Below, in pieces: positions 28,943-40,306 of a stretch of 64,000 bases of DNA. Within the stretch, counting starts at the first letter, position 1. Each line of letters opens with the position of its first letter. Source of the DNA: Calditrichaceae bacterium (GTDB taxonomy: Bacteria > Calditrichota > Calditrichia > Calditrichales > JBFXGD01); contig JBFXLE010000014.1 in NCBI GenBank assembly GCA_050173015.1, forward strand, positions 36,474-100,473, read 5' to 3'. The translations under genes were made by a program, and so were the position numbers. The notes under the pieces are model-generated. The model was not told the DNA's origin and searched no databases. It was given only the letters and a program-made list of their open reading frames with translations.

Positions 28943-30775
28943 TTATCCTTCAGTGTTAACCCGTTCATTGTTCTTATCCTCAATATAGATTAAGGTTTGC
29001 CCCACTATGGGCGCTGAAGGTGGTTCATCGGTGAAAGGAATAAGATTTCCGGATTCTGTAAGCAGAAATAGGGGGATTTGATGAGTCTGGAGGCTATCCC
29101 AACCGGTAAATTCCGCCGTGATAGTCATTTTTTTAAGAGAGTCGGGAGTATTCAAAAGTTTGGTTAGAACTGAATATGTCATATCCTGGCCGAACAAAAA
29201 TCTTCCGCGTAAATGTCTGGAAACGGATGCTGATTTTCCGTTGCTCAGATTGTCATAGGGTAATTGATAGAGTTCCGCGCTGCCGAAAACTTCTGAAAAA
29301 TGAAGTGCTGCAAGACCGTTAACTTCATTATTGGGGGTCATCGCGAATAATTTACCGATTCCGTCGAGATTAATTTTATCCTTGATATTCTCAGAAAGAA
29401 CGTTGTCAGACACGGTCTTAAGACCCATTTTATTGGCAGCTCTGCAATTGGAAACATTTGTATCAATAAATATGACTTTAATACCATGTTCCTTGATTAT
29501 ATTACCCAAACGCCTTGCCCAGGAATGTGCGCCTATGAAAAGTACACCCTGCGGATTGGGCATGGCCAGCTTTAGCAGCCTGGCGACGGGTGATGCCGTC
29601 AGGCCGTAAAGGGTAACGGTAGTGATGATAACAATGAATGTAATCGGAACAAGACGGGCGGCGGATTCAATACCCGCATCTGTCAATAACAGGGCGAACA
29701 GAGACGATACAGCGGCGGCAACAATTCCCCTTGGAGCCATCCAGGAGAGGAACACTTTTTCGCGCCAGTTTAAATCTTTACCGATCGTCGATGCAAAAAC
29801 AGCCAGCGGCCGGGTGATGAATATGAGAACTCCGAGGAATAAAATAAGTTCTAATGAAATATTTGTCAGGTCAGTTAATTTCACGCGCGCCGCGAGAATG
29901 ATGAACAGACTGGAGATCAGCAGAACACGCAGGTTTTCCTTAAATTCAATGATATGTTTGATCGACACTTCTTTCTGATTAGCAAGAACTATACCCATAA
30001 TCGTAACGGATAGCAAGCCTGATTCCCCCTGAAAGAAATTCGATAAGATATAGGCGCCCACCACCATCATTATAGCGGCCGAGTTATGGAGATAATCCGG
30101 TATCCAGTACCGTTTCAGGAAAAAAATGATGATCTTTGCCGCCACCCAGCCAATCACAATGCCTATCAACAAGGTTTTTAATAATCCGAACAAGGATTGA
30201 ACAGAAAATTGATCCAATCCGCCGCTAATTATTTCCTCAAACACAAGCACCGCCAGAACCGCGCCAACGGGATCAATCATGATACCTTCCCATTTGGCAA
30301 TGGCGCCGACTTTTCCGGTCGGGCGTACATGTCGCAGCAAAGGTAGGATGACAGTCGGACCGGTCACCACGAGGATGGCACCCAGTAAAAGGGCGATATC
30401 AAATTCCAGTTTCATGATGTAGTATGCTGAAGCGGTGGTGAAAATCCACGTGATAAGCGCGCCGATAGTGATCAGATTGCGGGTAATCCGCCCAATTTCC
30501 TGAAACTCGGATTTAGTAAGGCTGAGTCCGCCTTCAAATAAAATAATCGCGACAGAAATTGAAACAAACGGGAAAAGCAGATCGCCGAACAGACGGTCTG
30601 TCTCAACGATTCCGGTAACAGGACCCACGAGAAATCCAAAAAGCAAGAGAAGCAATATGGATGGGATGTGCAGGCGCCACGCAAGCCATTGAGCGAGTGT
30701 GCCGGCGAGAATGATGGCCCCCAAACCGATTACTAAATGTTCAGTCAATTCAAACCCCCTGATAACTTCCATCAA
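28943..30775 (-). CDS. NhaP-type cation:proton antiporter with C-terminal TrkA-N/RCK domain
   Basis: ILFEGGL, VTGPTVI, WEG..IDP.GA, APRGIVAAA; cytoplasmic Rossmann-like tail. Confidence 0.9.
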   Translation of the reverse strand: MMEVIRGFELTEHLVIGLGAIILAGTLAQWLAWRLHIPSILLLLLFGFLVGPVTGIVETDRLFGDLLFPFVSISVAIILFEGGLSLTKSEFQEIGRITRNLITIGALITWIFTTASAYYIMKLEFDIALLLGAILVVTGPTVILPLLRHVRPTGKVGAIAKWEGIMIDPVGAVLAVLVFEEIISGGLDQFSVQSLFGLLKTLLIGIVIGWVAAKIIIFFLKRYWIPDYLHNSAAIMMVVGAYILSNFFQGESGLLSVTIMGIVLANQKEVSIKHIIEFKENLRVLLISSLFIILAARVKLTDLTNISLELILFLGVLIFITRPLAVFASTIGKDLNWREKVFLSWMAPRGIVAAAVSSLFALLLTDAGIESAARLVPITFIVIITTVTLYGLTASPVARLLKLAMPNPQGVLFIGAHSWARRLGNIIKEHGIKVIFIDTNVSNCRAANKMGLKTVSDNVLSENIKDKINLDGIGKLFAMTPNNEVNGLAALHFSEVFGSAELYQLPYDNLSNGKSASVSRHLRGRFLFGQDMTYSVLTKLLNTPDSLKKMTITAEFTGWDSLQTHQIPLFLLTESGNLIPFTDEPPSAPIVGQTLIYIEDKNNERVNTEG

Positions 30776-31279
30776 ACTGATTCATATCATACTCACAGAA
30801 GTGATAATGTTCAAGTTGTTTCTTGTGTTTTGGTTAAGAATGCGCTTATTTAATTCTCATGACTTTCCCGGAAATTATATGAACATAACAACTTTTACAT
30901 TCATTCCAAAACCATCTTTTTATTAAAAAATTCTATATTCATAATAAATAAATTAGCATGGAGACTATCGATTTAACGTGTTAAAAAAAATTAAATCACT
31001 TTCTCTATAATATTTTTTTTTGTATAATTTTATTAGTCTCAGAACATCTCGACTTACACTTAGTGATATTTCAGGGATTTCTGAAGTTTCTTTTCCGCAA
31101 TTCATGATCAGGTCTGTATATAAATTAATGATATTATAAGTTCATTAGTAGTGTCTCAAATTCTAATTTATAATGCATATTGATGAATTCAAAAATTACT
31201 TAAAGTCTACTATAGGATTCAAACCGTTTCTTTTCTTTTGATATAAAATAAAGTTATAAGTTTCAGAGAGGAGATTCAA

Positions 31280-33202
31280 ATGTCGTTAAAAGTATTGGTA
31301 CGATTTATTTTTTTCTTATTACTATTTCCCATTATTCTGTTTGCTCAAAAGTTTGGAGAGATTTCAGATTCTGAATTACAGATGAAAAGTATCCCGGAGG
31401 ATCCCGAGGCGAACGCGGTTATTCTATTTAATAAAGGAGAGATCTCCATTACTCCCGATTTTGACCTGGAGTTTAATATCCACAAAAGAATAAAAATCTT
31501 GACAGAAGCCGGAAAAAAGTTTGCCAATGTAGAACTATATTATTTCCATGAGGATAAAATCCATAATCTTAAGGCGTATTCATATACACCAAATGGAAAG
31601 AAAATTAAATTGAAAAAGGATGATATATTTGAAGAAAGAACTTCCAATATTAAAAAGAAAATTTTTGCTGTTCCTGGCGTGGAAATCGGTTCAGTAATCG
31701 AATATAGCTATCGTCTTGAATCAGAATATATCCACAGGCTTGAACCCTGGTATTTTCAGGATCACGAGCTAACAAAATTCAGCGAGATTGCTGTTATTTT
31801 ACCAAGCGGATTTTCTTACAGTGTGCTTACAAAAAACTCTATCATCAATGATGTTTTGCATACGAAACAGAAAATACGAGATCCGTATGACCCGAGGAAA
31901 ACTTGTACAAAATTTATCTGGACCGCGCAAGATGTCCCGGGAATCAAAAATGAACCATACATGACCAATTATTCTGATTACTACACTCAACTTCTATTCC
32001 AACTGGTCTCTTTTGAAAATCCATATTATAAGTATAATTATGCAAAAGAATGGGATGATATGGCGGAGCTGGTCTGGAAAAAGTACAGTGATTTTGTGGA
32101 ACAGAACGATGGTCTGAAAGATTTTACAAAAAGTTTATACATGCCGTCAATAGATACATTGGAAGTAATCGGTAAAATATATGATTTTGTTCGTTCGGAT
32201 ATTAGAAATACTGATGAGATTAGACTTTTTAGCGATGAGTTTAAGCAGCCGAAAGATGTATATAAGGATAAGGAAGGGAATGCTAATGAAAAAAATATTT
32301 TACTCATCAATCTGCTTAAACATGCCGGGCTTGATGCAAAACCTTTATTGATAAGTAAGAAATCCCAGGGAATGATTAACCCCAATTGGGTGCAATTGCA
32401 ACAGTTTAATCATGTACTGGTTTATCTGAGGTTAAAAAATCAGGAATTATTCCTAAATACATGTGACAAATATTGCCCTCCCGGATATCTCACTCCGGAA
32501 TTCGATGTAATGGATGGACTTCTAATCGATGAAAAGAAGGGAAGTATCATAAAAATAAAACCATTACGAGCCGAAAATCTGCTTACTGTTGAAACGGATG
32601 CTAATCTGGAAGTAAATAATAGTCTGATCGCGCATTCAAATTTAACATATGAAGGATTAGAAGCGGTGTCAGAAAGAGAAAATATTTCAGCTAAAGAATT
32701 GAATGAATATTTCGCAAACAAATTGAAAGATTTATATTCTGAGGCAGTTCTTGATTCTTTTAACTGTGAAAATTTAGATTCTATTGATTTGCCATTGACT
32801 GTTGATCTGTTCTATCATCTGCCTGATTATATAAATGATACGGGTACAATTGCATATTTTACGCCTCCATTTATGACAAGGACTAAGAAAAACCCGTTTA
32901 TTAGAGAACAAAGACAATTCCCGGTGGATTATTCGTCTGATTTTACTAAGTCGGAAACAATAAACATAAATTTTCCAGATACATATTCTATTAGTGAAAA
33001 ACCCAGAATCGCGAGTGGAAGAATGGAAAATTTATCTTTTACAAAAATCTATTTTGAGAATGGAAATTCGATTGAGTGCCGAAGAAAGTTTAATTTGGGT
33101 CGTACACAATTTCAACCTAAAGAATACATGACTTTAAGAAAAATCTATGATATAATTGTCAGCTCGGATCAGGATCAAATAGTTCTTAACCATAGCGAAT
33201 AA
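31280..33202 (+). CDS. DUF3857 + transglutaminase-like secreted protein (catalytic Cys absent)
   Basis: Signal peptide, RIKIL, GSVIEYSY; GNANEK in place of GDCKD; FNHV. Confidence 0.8.
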   Translation: MSLKVLVRFIFFLLLFPIILFAQKFGEISDSELQMKSIPEDPEANAVILFNKGEISITPDFDLEFNIHKRIKILTEAGKKFANVELYYFHEDKIHNLKAYSYTPNGKKIKLKKDDIFEERTSNIKKKIFAVPGVEIGSVIEYSYRLESEYIHRLEPWYFQDHELTKFSEIAVILPSGFSYSVLTKNSIINDVLHTKQKIRDPYDPRKTCTKFIWTAQDVPGIKNEPYMTNYSDYYTQLLFQLVSFENPYYKYNYAKEWDDMAELVWKKYSDFVEQNDGLKDFTKSLYMPSIDTLEVIGKIYDFVRSDIRNTDEIRLFSDEFKQPKDVYKDKEGNANEKNILLINLLKHAGLDAKPLLISKKSQGMINPNWVQLQQFNHVLVYLRLKNQELFLNTCDKYCPPGYLTPEFDVMDGLLIDEKKGSIIKIKPLRAENLLTVETDANLEVNNSLIAHSNLTYEGLEAVSERENISAKELNEYFANKLKDLYSEAVLDSFNCENLDSIDLPLTVDLFYHLPDYINDTGTIAYFTPPFMTRTKKNPFIREQRQFPVDYSSDFTKSETININFPDTYSISEKPRIASGRMENLSFTKIYFENGNSIECRRKFNLGRTQFQPKEYMTLRKIYDIIVSSDQDQIVLNHSE

Positions 33203-33361
33203 TGGTTCTGTAATATATTGCTTGCAAAAAATTTATACTTAAACAGATTGCACTTGATTTTAAATATAACGGGTGATGAGTTGCGGACATCGGTTGCTTT
33301 CTATAGCAGTTCCATTCAATCGGAAGCACATTCATCATTATAGGATTAGGATGATCAAGAA

Positions 33362-35266
33362 ATGAATAAAATATTTATATTTTTTATCTTGTTATTATGC
33401 TTTACCGGACCGAGTTATCCCCAGATAATAACTACGGATGTAATAATGGATTCATTAACAGATAATGCGAATGCCTTGATTCTGGATGATATAAATATTT
33501 GTACAATCAAAGCGAGAGATTCGGCTGAGTTTTATAAAAAAAGAAGAATTTTGATTAAAAACAGATCAGGGGAAAAATACTGCAGCCTATGGTTGCAGGA
33601 ATCAGATTTTATTGAAGTCAAAGATATAAAAGCGGTAATAACTGATACTTCAGGCCGAAAGTTGAAAGAGCTTCACAAAAATGAGATTAAAGAATCAACA
33701 ATATCTCCAGATCATATTCTTTACGTGAAAAATAAAAATAAACATTTCGAAATGGTTTATCATAGTTATCCTTATGTTTTTGAATATTCTTACGCACTGG
33801 AACTGAGCAGCCTTTTTTTTTGGCCCTCATGGTATCCGCAATCTGATATTCCGGTCTTATTTTCCAGTTATAAACTAATTATTCAATACCCAACATCATA
33901 TAATACTCATAATATTGGCATGGAAATATTTCCTCTGAAGACTGTGGAAAGGGGGGATTCGGTTCATTATTGGGAGATAAAAAATGTACACCCCAGGATT
34001 AGCGAAGATTTTTTGCCACCGGAAAATGAATTGCAAATAGCGTTGTTTTTCGCGCCTGAAAATTTCAGGTTGGGAAAGATTTCCGGATCGTTTGCGAATT
34101 GGGATGTAATGGCGAATTGGTACCGGCGGATGGCAGAAGGCAGCTATCAGTTGTCGCCGGAAGCACAATATGAGGTTCAGGAGCTGATAAAAGGGGTAGA
34201 TAATAAATATGAAAAAGTAAGAGTCATATATAAATATCTCCAGGAGAAGACGCGATATGCGGCTATTTATTTAGATATAGGAGGATGGAAACCAAATTCC
34301 GCAATCTCAGTTCATAAAAATCGTTATGGGGATTGTAAAGATCTTACCACCTATATGGTGGCAATGCTTACTGAGGCCGGGATTCAGGCATATCCCGCTC
34401 TCGCAAAGACCAGGGATCGGGGAACTGTGATTAAGGATTTCCCCTCAAATCAGTTTAATCACTGTATCGCATTTGTACCGTTTGATCACGATACTCTTTG
34501 GCTGGAGTGTACGGCTGATTTTCTTGACATAAAAGATGTTCCATATACGATCGAAGGAATTGACGCACTGGTCATTAAGGATGATGCGGGAGAGATGATA
34601 CGAACGCCTGTTGCTCCTTCTAATAAAAATAGATGGAATTCAACTTCCATCGCGGAATTAAATTCTTCCGGTAACCTTAAGATAAAAGGTTGTGTAAAAA
34701 CGACAGGGAAACAAAAACGATATTTTAAAACGCTGTTTGAATATGCAAAAAATGATGAAAAAAAAGTACAACTTCAGAAAATTTTTGGGGATCACATACC
34801 GGGTCTTACAATAAATAATTATCAGTTTTCAGAAGATGGTTCTGACGAAAAAGTGGTCTCAATTAGTTTTGATGGCAATTATGATAAGGCATTTTCAAAG
34901 AGTGGATCTCGTCTCTTTGTAAATCCGAATATTTTTAATCGGAAGACATCATCTAATATTCCAGATGAGACTGTAGATGATCGTAAATTTCCTATACATT
35001 TCAATTATCCATATCAGGATTTGGATTCAGTGGTGATTAAGATTCCATACGGGTACGATTTGGAAGCTGCTCCGGAAATGATCAATATCGATAATTCCTT
35101 TGCATCATTTAAAACAGAATATAATTTTGAAGATCAGTATTTAACTTATGTGAGGTATTTCGAGTATAAAACAAATTATTTTTCAAGAGATTTATATTCA
35201 GAATATCTTGAGTTTTTAAAGACAGTGGTTAAATTTGATCAGACAAAATTTGTTTTCAAACATTAA
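33362..35266 (+). CDS. DUF3857 + transglutaminase-like secreted protein
   Basis: TRYAAI.L.IGGWKP, YGDCKD, FNHCI, WLECT. Confidence 0.85.
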   Translation: MNKIFIFFILLLCFTGPSYPQIITTDVIMDSLTDNANALILDDINICTIKARDSAEFYKKRRILIKNRSGEKYCSLWLQESDFIEVKDIKAVITDTSGRKLKELHKNEIKESTISPDHILYVKNKNKHFEMVYHSYPYVFEYSYALELSSLFFWPSWYPQSDIPVLFSSYKLIIQYPTSYNTHNIGMEIFPLKTVERGDSVHYWEIKNVHPRISEDFLPPENELQIALFFAPENFRLGKISGSFANWDVMANWYRRMAEGSYQLSPEAQYEVQELIKGVDNKYEKVRVIYKYLQEKTRYAAIYLDIGGWKPNSAISVHKNRYGDCKDLTTYMVAMLTEAGIQAYPALAKTRDRGTVIKDFPSNQFNHCIAFVPFDHDTLWLECTADFLDIKDVPYTIEGIDALVIKDDAGEMIRTPVAPSNKNRWNSTSIAELNSSGNLKIKGCVKTTGKQKRYFKTLFEYAKNDEKKVQLQKIFGDHIPGLTINNYQFSEDGSDEKVVSISFDGNYDKAFSKSGSRLFVNPNIFNRKTSSNIPDETVDDRKFPIHFNYPYQDLDSVVIKIPYGYDLEAAPEMINIDNSFASFKTEYNFEDQYLTYVRYFEYKTNYFSRDLYSEYLEFLKTVVKFDQTKFVFKH

Positions 35267-35513
35267 TTATGTACACCATTCTTTCAATGTGTTGATTCTT
35301 TAGATGGCAAAATTGAATAACAATACATTAGCAAATAAAATTTCTATTTAATGGACACTCTTAATTTGAATAACCGGAAACAACTCAGTTTATAGTCCAT
35401 CCTCATTCGATAGATTCTCGCTTTTTCCGGAAAATTAATAAATATTGTTTGGATCAAATCCATTTTAGGCATTAAACTGTTTTGCGAACTAATTTAGGTG
35501 GGGAAGGAATTTT

Positions 35514-36332
35514 ATGCGGCTAATCATCCAACCGGATTATGATGCGGTCTCAAAGTGGGCGGCATGGTATGTGGCAAAATCAATTATTGACTTTAAGCCG
35601 GATGAAAACAGACCTTTTGTACTGGGACTGCCTACCGGATCGTCTCCTTTGGGAATGTATAAGGAACTAATCTTACTCTGTCAAAAAAATAAAATATCAT
35701 TCAGAGATGTTGTCACCTTCAATATGGATGAGTACGCCGGTCTTGCTGAAGACCATCCCGGGAGCTATCATTCCTATATGCAGAAGAATTTTTTTCGGCA
35801 CATCGATATCAGGAAAGAAAATGTTAATATCCCTGATGGATCCGCTGCCGATCTTGAGGCGGAATGTGAACGGTATGAAAATAAAATCAGAGCATATGGC
35901 GGCGTGAACCTGTTTGTCGGAGGCATCGGTCCCGATGGTCATATTGCCTTCAATGAACCCGGCTCATCTCTTGGTTCACTGACGCGGGTCAAAACATTGA
36001 CGGAAGACACGCGCCTGGTAAATGCCCGGTTTTTTGATGATGATGCTGCAAAAGTTCCAAAACTGGCGCTGACGGTAGGGGTAAAAACCGTTCTTGATTC
36101 AGAGCAGGTATTGATTATTATCAGCAGTCATCAGAAGGCCAGGGCGCTCGCGAAAGTTGTTGAGGAGGGCGTGAATCATATGTGGACGGTTAGCGCTCTT
36201 CAAATGCACCCCAAAGGTCTCATCATTTGTGATGAGAATTCTACCGTTGAATTAAAAGTAGGCACCGTGAATTATTTTAGACAGATTGAATCCGCAAACC
36301 TGAATGCGGACAGTCTCCTCCGGGCTCTTTAA
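35514..36332 (+). CDS. nagB: Glucosamine-6-phosphate deaminase
   Basis: FVLGLPTGSSP, TFNMDEY, GGIGPDGHIAFNEPGSSL, VNHMWTVSALQMH. Confidence 0.97.
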   Translation: MRLIIQPDYDAVSKWAAWYVAKSIIDFKPDENRPFVLGLPTGSSPLGMYKELILLCQKNKISFRDVVTFNMDEYAGLAEDHPGSYHSYMQKNFFRHIDIRKENVNIPDGSAADLEAECERYENKIRAYGGVNLFVGGIGPDGHIAFNEPGSSLGSLTRVKTLTEDTRLVNARFFDDDAAKVPKLALTVGVKTVLDSEQVLIIISSHQKARALAKVVEEGVNHMWTVSALQMHPKGLIICDENSTVELKVGTVNYFRQIESANLNADSLLRAL

Positions 36333-36478
36333 CTTCTAACCCGTGATATGATAATACCCCTTTCTTTTACAATAAAATCATTTTGGATTTCCCGGGAAGA
36401 TTTATTTTGTTTTATTCCTTATGTCGTTATATTTGATGCAAAAAATTTTGGTAGAATTCTGTCAGAAAGATTTAATCT

Positions 36479-39400
36479 ATGAATTCGATTCGCCGGTTAT
36501 ATGTCGAAAAGAAAGAGGGCTTTGATGTCGAAGCGCAAAGCCTATTAAGTGATTTAAAAGAAAATCTTGGAATAAAGGAACTGAAATCTCTCCGAATCCT
36601 GTACAGATATGATATCTCCGAAATTTCAGACAAAATATATGATGAGTCACGCACCACCATCTTTTCAGAACCCCCCATTGACTATGTATATGATGAGTTT
36701 TTTAAAGTTTATCCGGATGAAAAGGTTTTTGGGATCGAATATCTGCCCGGACAATATGACCAAAGGGCGGATTCGGCAATGCAGTGTATTCAGGTACTGA
36801 GCCATCAGGATCCTCCGCTTATAACAACCGCAAAAATAATAATTCTTAACGGAAATATCTCCGAAGAAGTATTTGTAAAAATAAAAAGCTACTGTATCAA
36901 TCCTGTGGATTCAACCGATGCTGATCTTGAAAAACCGGAAACGCTGAAACAGGTAATCGATGAACCGGAGAATGTAGGTCTAGTATCAGGGTTTCGTGAT
37001 TTTTCCCAAACGCGGCTGGTTCTGCTGATGGACGAGCTTGGGCTGGCGATGAGTCAGGATGATCTTGAATACACCCGCCTGTATTTCAGAAACGAGGAAA
37101 AACGCGATCCCACGGTTACAGAAATTAAAGTTCTTGATACCTACTGGTCAGATCATTGCCGCCACACTACCTTCCTGACAAAGATCGAAAATGTTGAATT
37201 CGATACCGGCCTATATGCCGCCGCGGTGAAGAACGCTTTCGCGATGTATCTGCAATCCCGGGAATATGTTTATGGTCAACATCAGAAAGACATGAGTCTG
37301 ATGGATCTCGCCATCATCCCGGTGAAAGATTTGCGAAAGAAAGGGATGCTGGACAGGCTGGATATTTCGGATGAGATCAACGCCTGCAGTATATCGGTTC
37401 AGGTGGATGTTGACGGAAAAAATGAAGACTGGCTGGTAATGTTCAAAAATGAAACGCATAACCATCCCACAGAGATTGAACCATTTGGCGGCGCGGCAAC
37501 CTGTCTCGGCGGAGCTATTCGTGATCCGCTTTCGGGAAGAACCTATGTTTATCAGGCCATGCGTGTATCCGGCAGTGGTGATCCGCGGGCGAAAGTCGAA
37601 GAGACTTTGCCGGGGAAATTACCGCAGCGAACCATCACGACAAAAGCGGCGCATGGTTACAGCTCATACGGTAATCAGATTGGCCTGGCCACCGGCCTGG
37701 TGACCGAAATCTATGATCAGGGCTATGTGGCGAAAAGAATGGAGATCGGCGCTGTTATCGCCGCGGCGCCTAAAAAAAATGTACGCCGTGAAAAACCGGA
37801 ATCCGGAGATATGATTCTTCTGGTCGGAGGCAGGACAGGGAGAGATGGAATCGGTGGCGCAACGGGTTCATCCAAAGCGCATACGGAACATGCTCTGAAA
37901 AATGAAGCGGAAGTCCAGAAAGGAAATCCGCCCACGGAAAGAAAACTTCAGAGGCTGTTCCGAAATCCTGAGGCAAGCCGGCTGATAAAAAAAAGTAATG
38001 ATTTTGGGGCGGGCGGAGTTTCGGTGGCCATTGGTGAACTTAGTGACGGTCTTGATATTTTTCTGGACGCGGTACCAAAAAAATATGAGGGACTTGATGG
38101 CACCGAACTGGCGATTTCCGAATCACAGGAACGAATGGCTGTGGTGATAGCGCCGGATGATGTCCAAAAATTTTCAGAATTCGCTGCCGATGAAAATCTG
38201 GAAATAACACCGGTGGCAAAAGTCACTGATTTAAACAGGTTGAGAATGTTCTGGCGGGAACAGAAGATTGTAGATATTGACCGGAAATTTCTCGACACGA
38301 ACGGTGTAAGCCAGAATACTAATATCGCGGTGGCTTCACCGGATTCAACCAAAAATTATTTTACTTCCCTTCCGAAAGAAGTGGAAATGAATAAATCCAA
38401 TTTTAAAGAATCATTTCTTGCCAATTTAAGGGATTTGGGAATCGCGGGTCAGCGCGGGCTGATTGAGCGTTTTGACAGCACCATCGGAGCATCGACGGTT
38501 CTTCATCCGTTCGGCGGAAAATACCAGATAACACCGGCCGAAGCAATGGTCGCGAAAATACCTATGTTCCATGAGGTGACAAGTTCCGCCACGTTGATGA
38601 GCTTCGGATTTGATCCGAAATTGTCAACATGGTCGCCGTTCCATGGCGCGCTTTATGCCGTGATTGAATCTGTCGCGAGAATCGTCGCATCGGGCGGGGA
38701 TTATAAACGCGCATATCTCACGCTGCAGGAATATTTTGAGAAATTAGGCGCTGATAAGTATAAATGGGGCAAACCATTCAGCGCGCTGCTTGGGGCGTTC
38801 TATGCTCAAATGAATCTTGGAATCGCGGCTATCGGAGGAAAAGACAGCATGTCCGGAACATTTGAAAACCTGAATGTGCCTCCAACGCTTGTGTCGTTTG
38901 CCGTTGATGTCGCGGATGCTTCTGATATCATTTCACCGGAATTTAAGGAATCGGGCAATTACGTTATTTTCCTTCCGCTGCCGCGAGACGGGGAGGAAGT
39001 ACCCGATTTTGAATATCTATCAAAAATGTATTCTATGATAACCCGGCTGATCAGGAAAGAAAAAATAGTAGCGGCTCAGACAGTCCGGTACGGCGGAATA
39101 GCGGCGGCAATAGGTAAAATGTCTTTCGGGAACAGAATCGGCGCGCGTCTTACGGATATTTCCGATTTCAATGAGTTATTTACACCGGAACTTGGTTCAT
39201 TTGTCGTTGAGCTCAGCGCATCGGAAAACCCTGAATCATTGTTTGACGGATTCAAGTTTAGGATTCTGGGACAGACAACTGATGCGCAGATTATTCAGTA
39301 CGGGACAACAAAAATTTCCATTGAAGAGGCGGTCAAAGAGTGGGAAAGCCCTCTTGAGCAAGTTTTTCCTTCGAAAACAACATTTCATAATGAAAAACCC

Positions 39401-40252
39401 GCCAACATCAACTATGAAACGCGAAACAATCGCCGGTCCGCAATAAAAATAGCAAAACCCCGGGTGTTTATCCCGGTATTTCCCGGAACAAATTGCGAAT
39501 ATGATTCAGCAAGGGCATTTAATCAGGCCGGCGGTGTATCAAAAATATTTGTTTTAAAAAATCTGTCGTCAAAAGACCTCAATGAATCTTTGAAATTGAT
39601 GGCTAAAGAAATTAACAACGCGCAGATTGTGATGCTTCCGGGAGGATTCAGCGCCGGTGATGAACCGGAAGGATCCGGGAAGTTTATTGCCGCGGTATTC
39701 CGCAATCCAGCGATTAAAGAGGCGGTTATGAACCTCCTGAACACCCGTGACGGATTAATGCTGGGAATTTGTAACGGATTTCAGGCGCTTATTAAACTTG
39801 GGCTGCTCCCATACGGGGAGATTCGTGGAATGGATGAAAATAGCCCTACGCTCACTTTTAACGAAATCGGCCGGCATGTATCGAGAATGGTTCATACGAA
39901 AGTCGTATCCGTACAATCTCCGTGGTTGGCAAATTCTGATTTGGGAGAAATTCATACCGTAGCCGTTTCACATGGGGAAGGACGGTTTGTGGCGCCGCGT
40001 GAAGTGGTGGATGAGTTAATAAGGAACGGACAAATTGCCACACAATATGTCAATCTTGATGGAAATCCGACATATGATATTGATTTTAATCCCAATGGTT
40101 CGCAGCATGCAATTGAGGGCATCACGAGCATAGATGGAAAAATTTTCGGTAAAATGGCGCATTCGGAGAGAATAGGAAAATTTGTGGGAAAAAATATACC
40201 GGGAAATAAAGATCAGAAAATTTTTAAAGCCGGTGTGAAATATTTTGATTAA
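36479..40252 (+). CDS. purL: Phosphoribosylformylglycinamidine synthase, large fused form
   Basis: TYWSDHCRH, KNETHNHPTEIEPFGGA, SESQERM; glutaminase domain FPGTNCE..LGICNGFQ..MAHSER. Confidence 0.97.
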   Translation: MNSIRRLYVEKKEGFDVEAQSLLSDLKENLGIKELKSLRILYRYDISEISDKIYDESRTTIFSEPPIDYVYDEFFKVYPDEKVFGIEYLPGQYDQRADSAMQCIQVLSHQDPPLITTAKIIILNGNISEEVFVKIKSYCINPVDSTDADLEKPETLKQVIDEPENVGLVSGFRDFSQTRLVLLMDELGLAMSQDDLEYTRLYFRNEEKRDPTVTEIKVLDTYWSDHCRHTTFLTKIENVEFDTGLYAAAVKNAFAMYLQSREYVYGQHQKDMSLMDLAIIPVKDLRKKGMLDRLDISDEINACSISVQVDVDGKNEDWLVMFKNETHNHPTEIEPFGGAATCLGGAIRDPLSGRTYVYQAMRVSGSGDPRAKVEETLPGKLPQRTITTKAAHGYSSYGNQIGLATGLVTEIYDQGYVAKRMEIGAVIAAAPKKNVRREKPESGDMILLVGGRTGRDGIGGATGSSKAHTEHALKNEAEVQKGNPPTERKLQRLFRNPEASRLIKKSNDFGAGGVSVAIGELSDGLDIFLDAVPKKYEGLDGTELAISESQERMAVVIAPDDVQKFSEFAADENLEITPVAKVTDLNRLRMFWREQKIVDIDRKFLDTNGVSQNTNIAVASPDSTKNYFTSLPKEVEMNKSNFKESFLANLRDLGIAGQRGLIERFDSTIGASTVLHPFGGKYQITPAEAMVAKIPMFHEVTSSATLMSFGFDPKLSTWSPFHGALYAVIESVARIVASGGDYKRAYLTLQEYFEKLGADKYKWGKPFSALLGAFYAQMNLGIAAIGGKDSMSGTFENLNVPPTLVSFAVDVADASDIISPEFKESGNYVIFLPLPRDGEEVPDFEYLSKMYSMITRLIRKEKIVAAQTVRYGGIAAAIGKMSFGNRIGARLTDISDFNELFTPELGSFVVELSASENPESLFDGFKFRILGQTTDAQIIQYGTTKISIEEAVKEWESPLEQVFPSKTTFHNEKPANINYETRNNRRSAIKIAKPRVFIPVFPGTNCEYDSARAFNQAGGVSKIFVLKNLSSKDLNESLKLMAKEINNAQIVMLPGGFSAGDEPEGSGKFIAAVFRNPAIKEAVMNLLNTRDGLMLGICNGFQALIKLGLLPYGEIRGMDENSPTLTFNEIGRHVSRMVHTKVVSVQSPWLANSDLGEIHTVAVSHGEGRFVAPREVVDELIRNGQIATQYVNLDGNPTYDIDFNPNGSQHAIEGITSIDGKIFGKMAHSERIGKFVGKNIPGNKDQKIFKAGVKYFD

Positions 40253-40306
40253 TCATCACATGATATTCAGTTTCCCCCGATCAATTAATAACAAATAGAG
40301 CAAATA

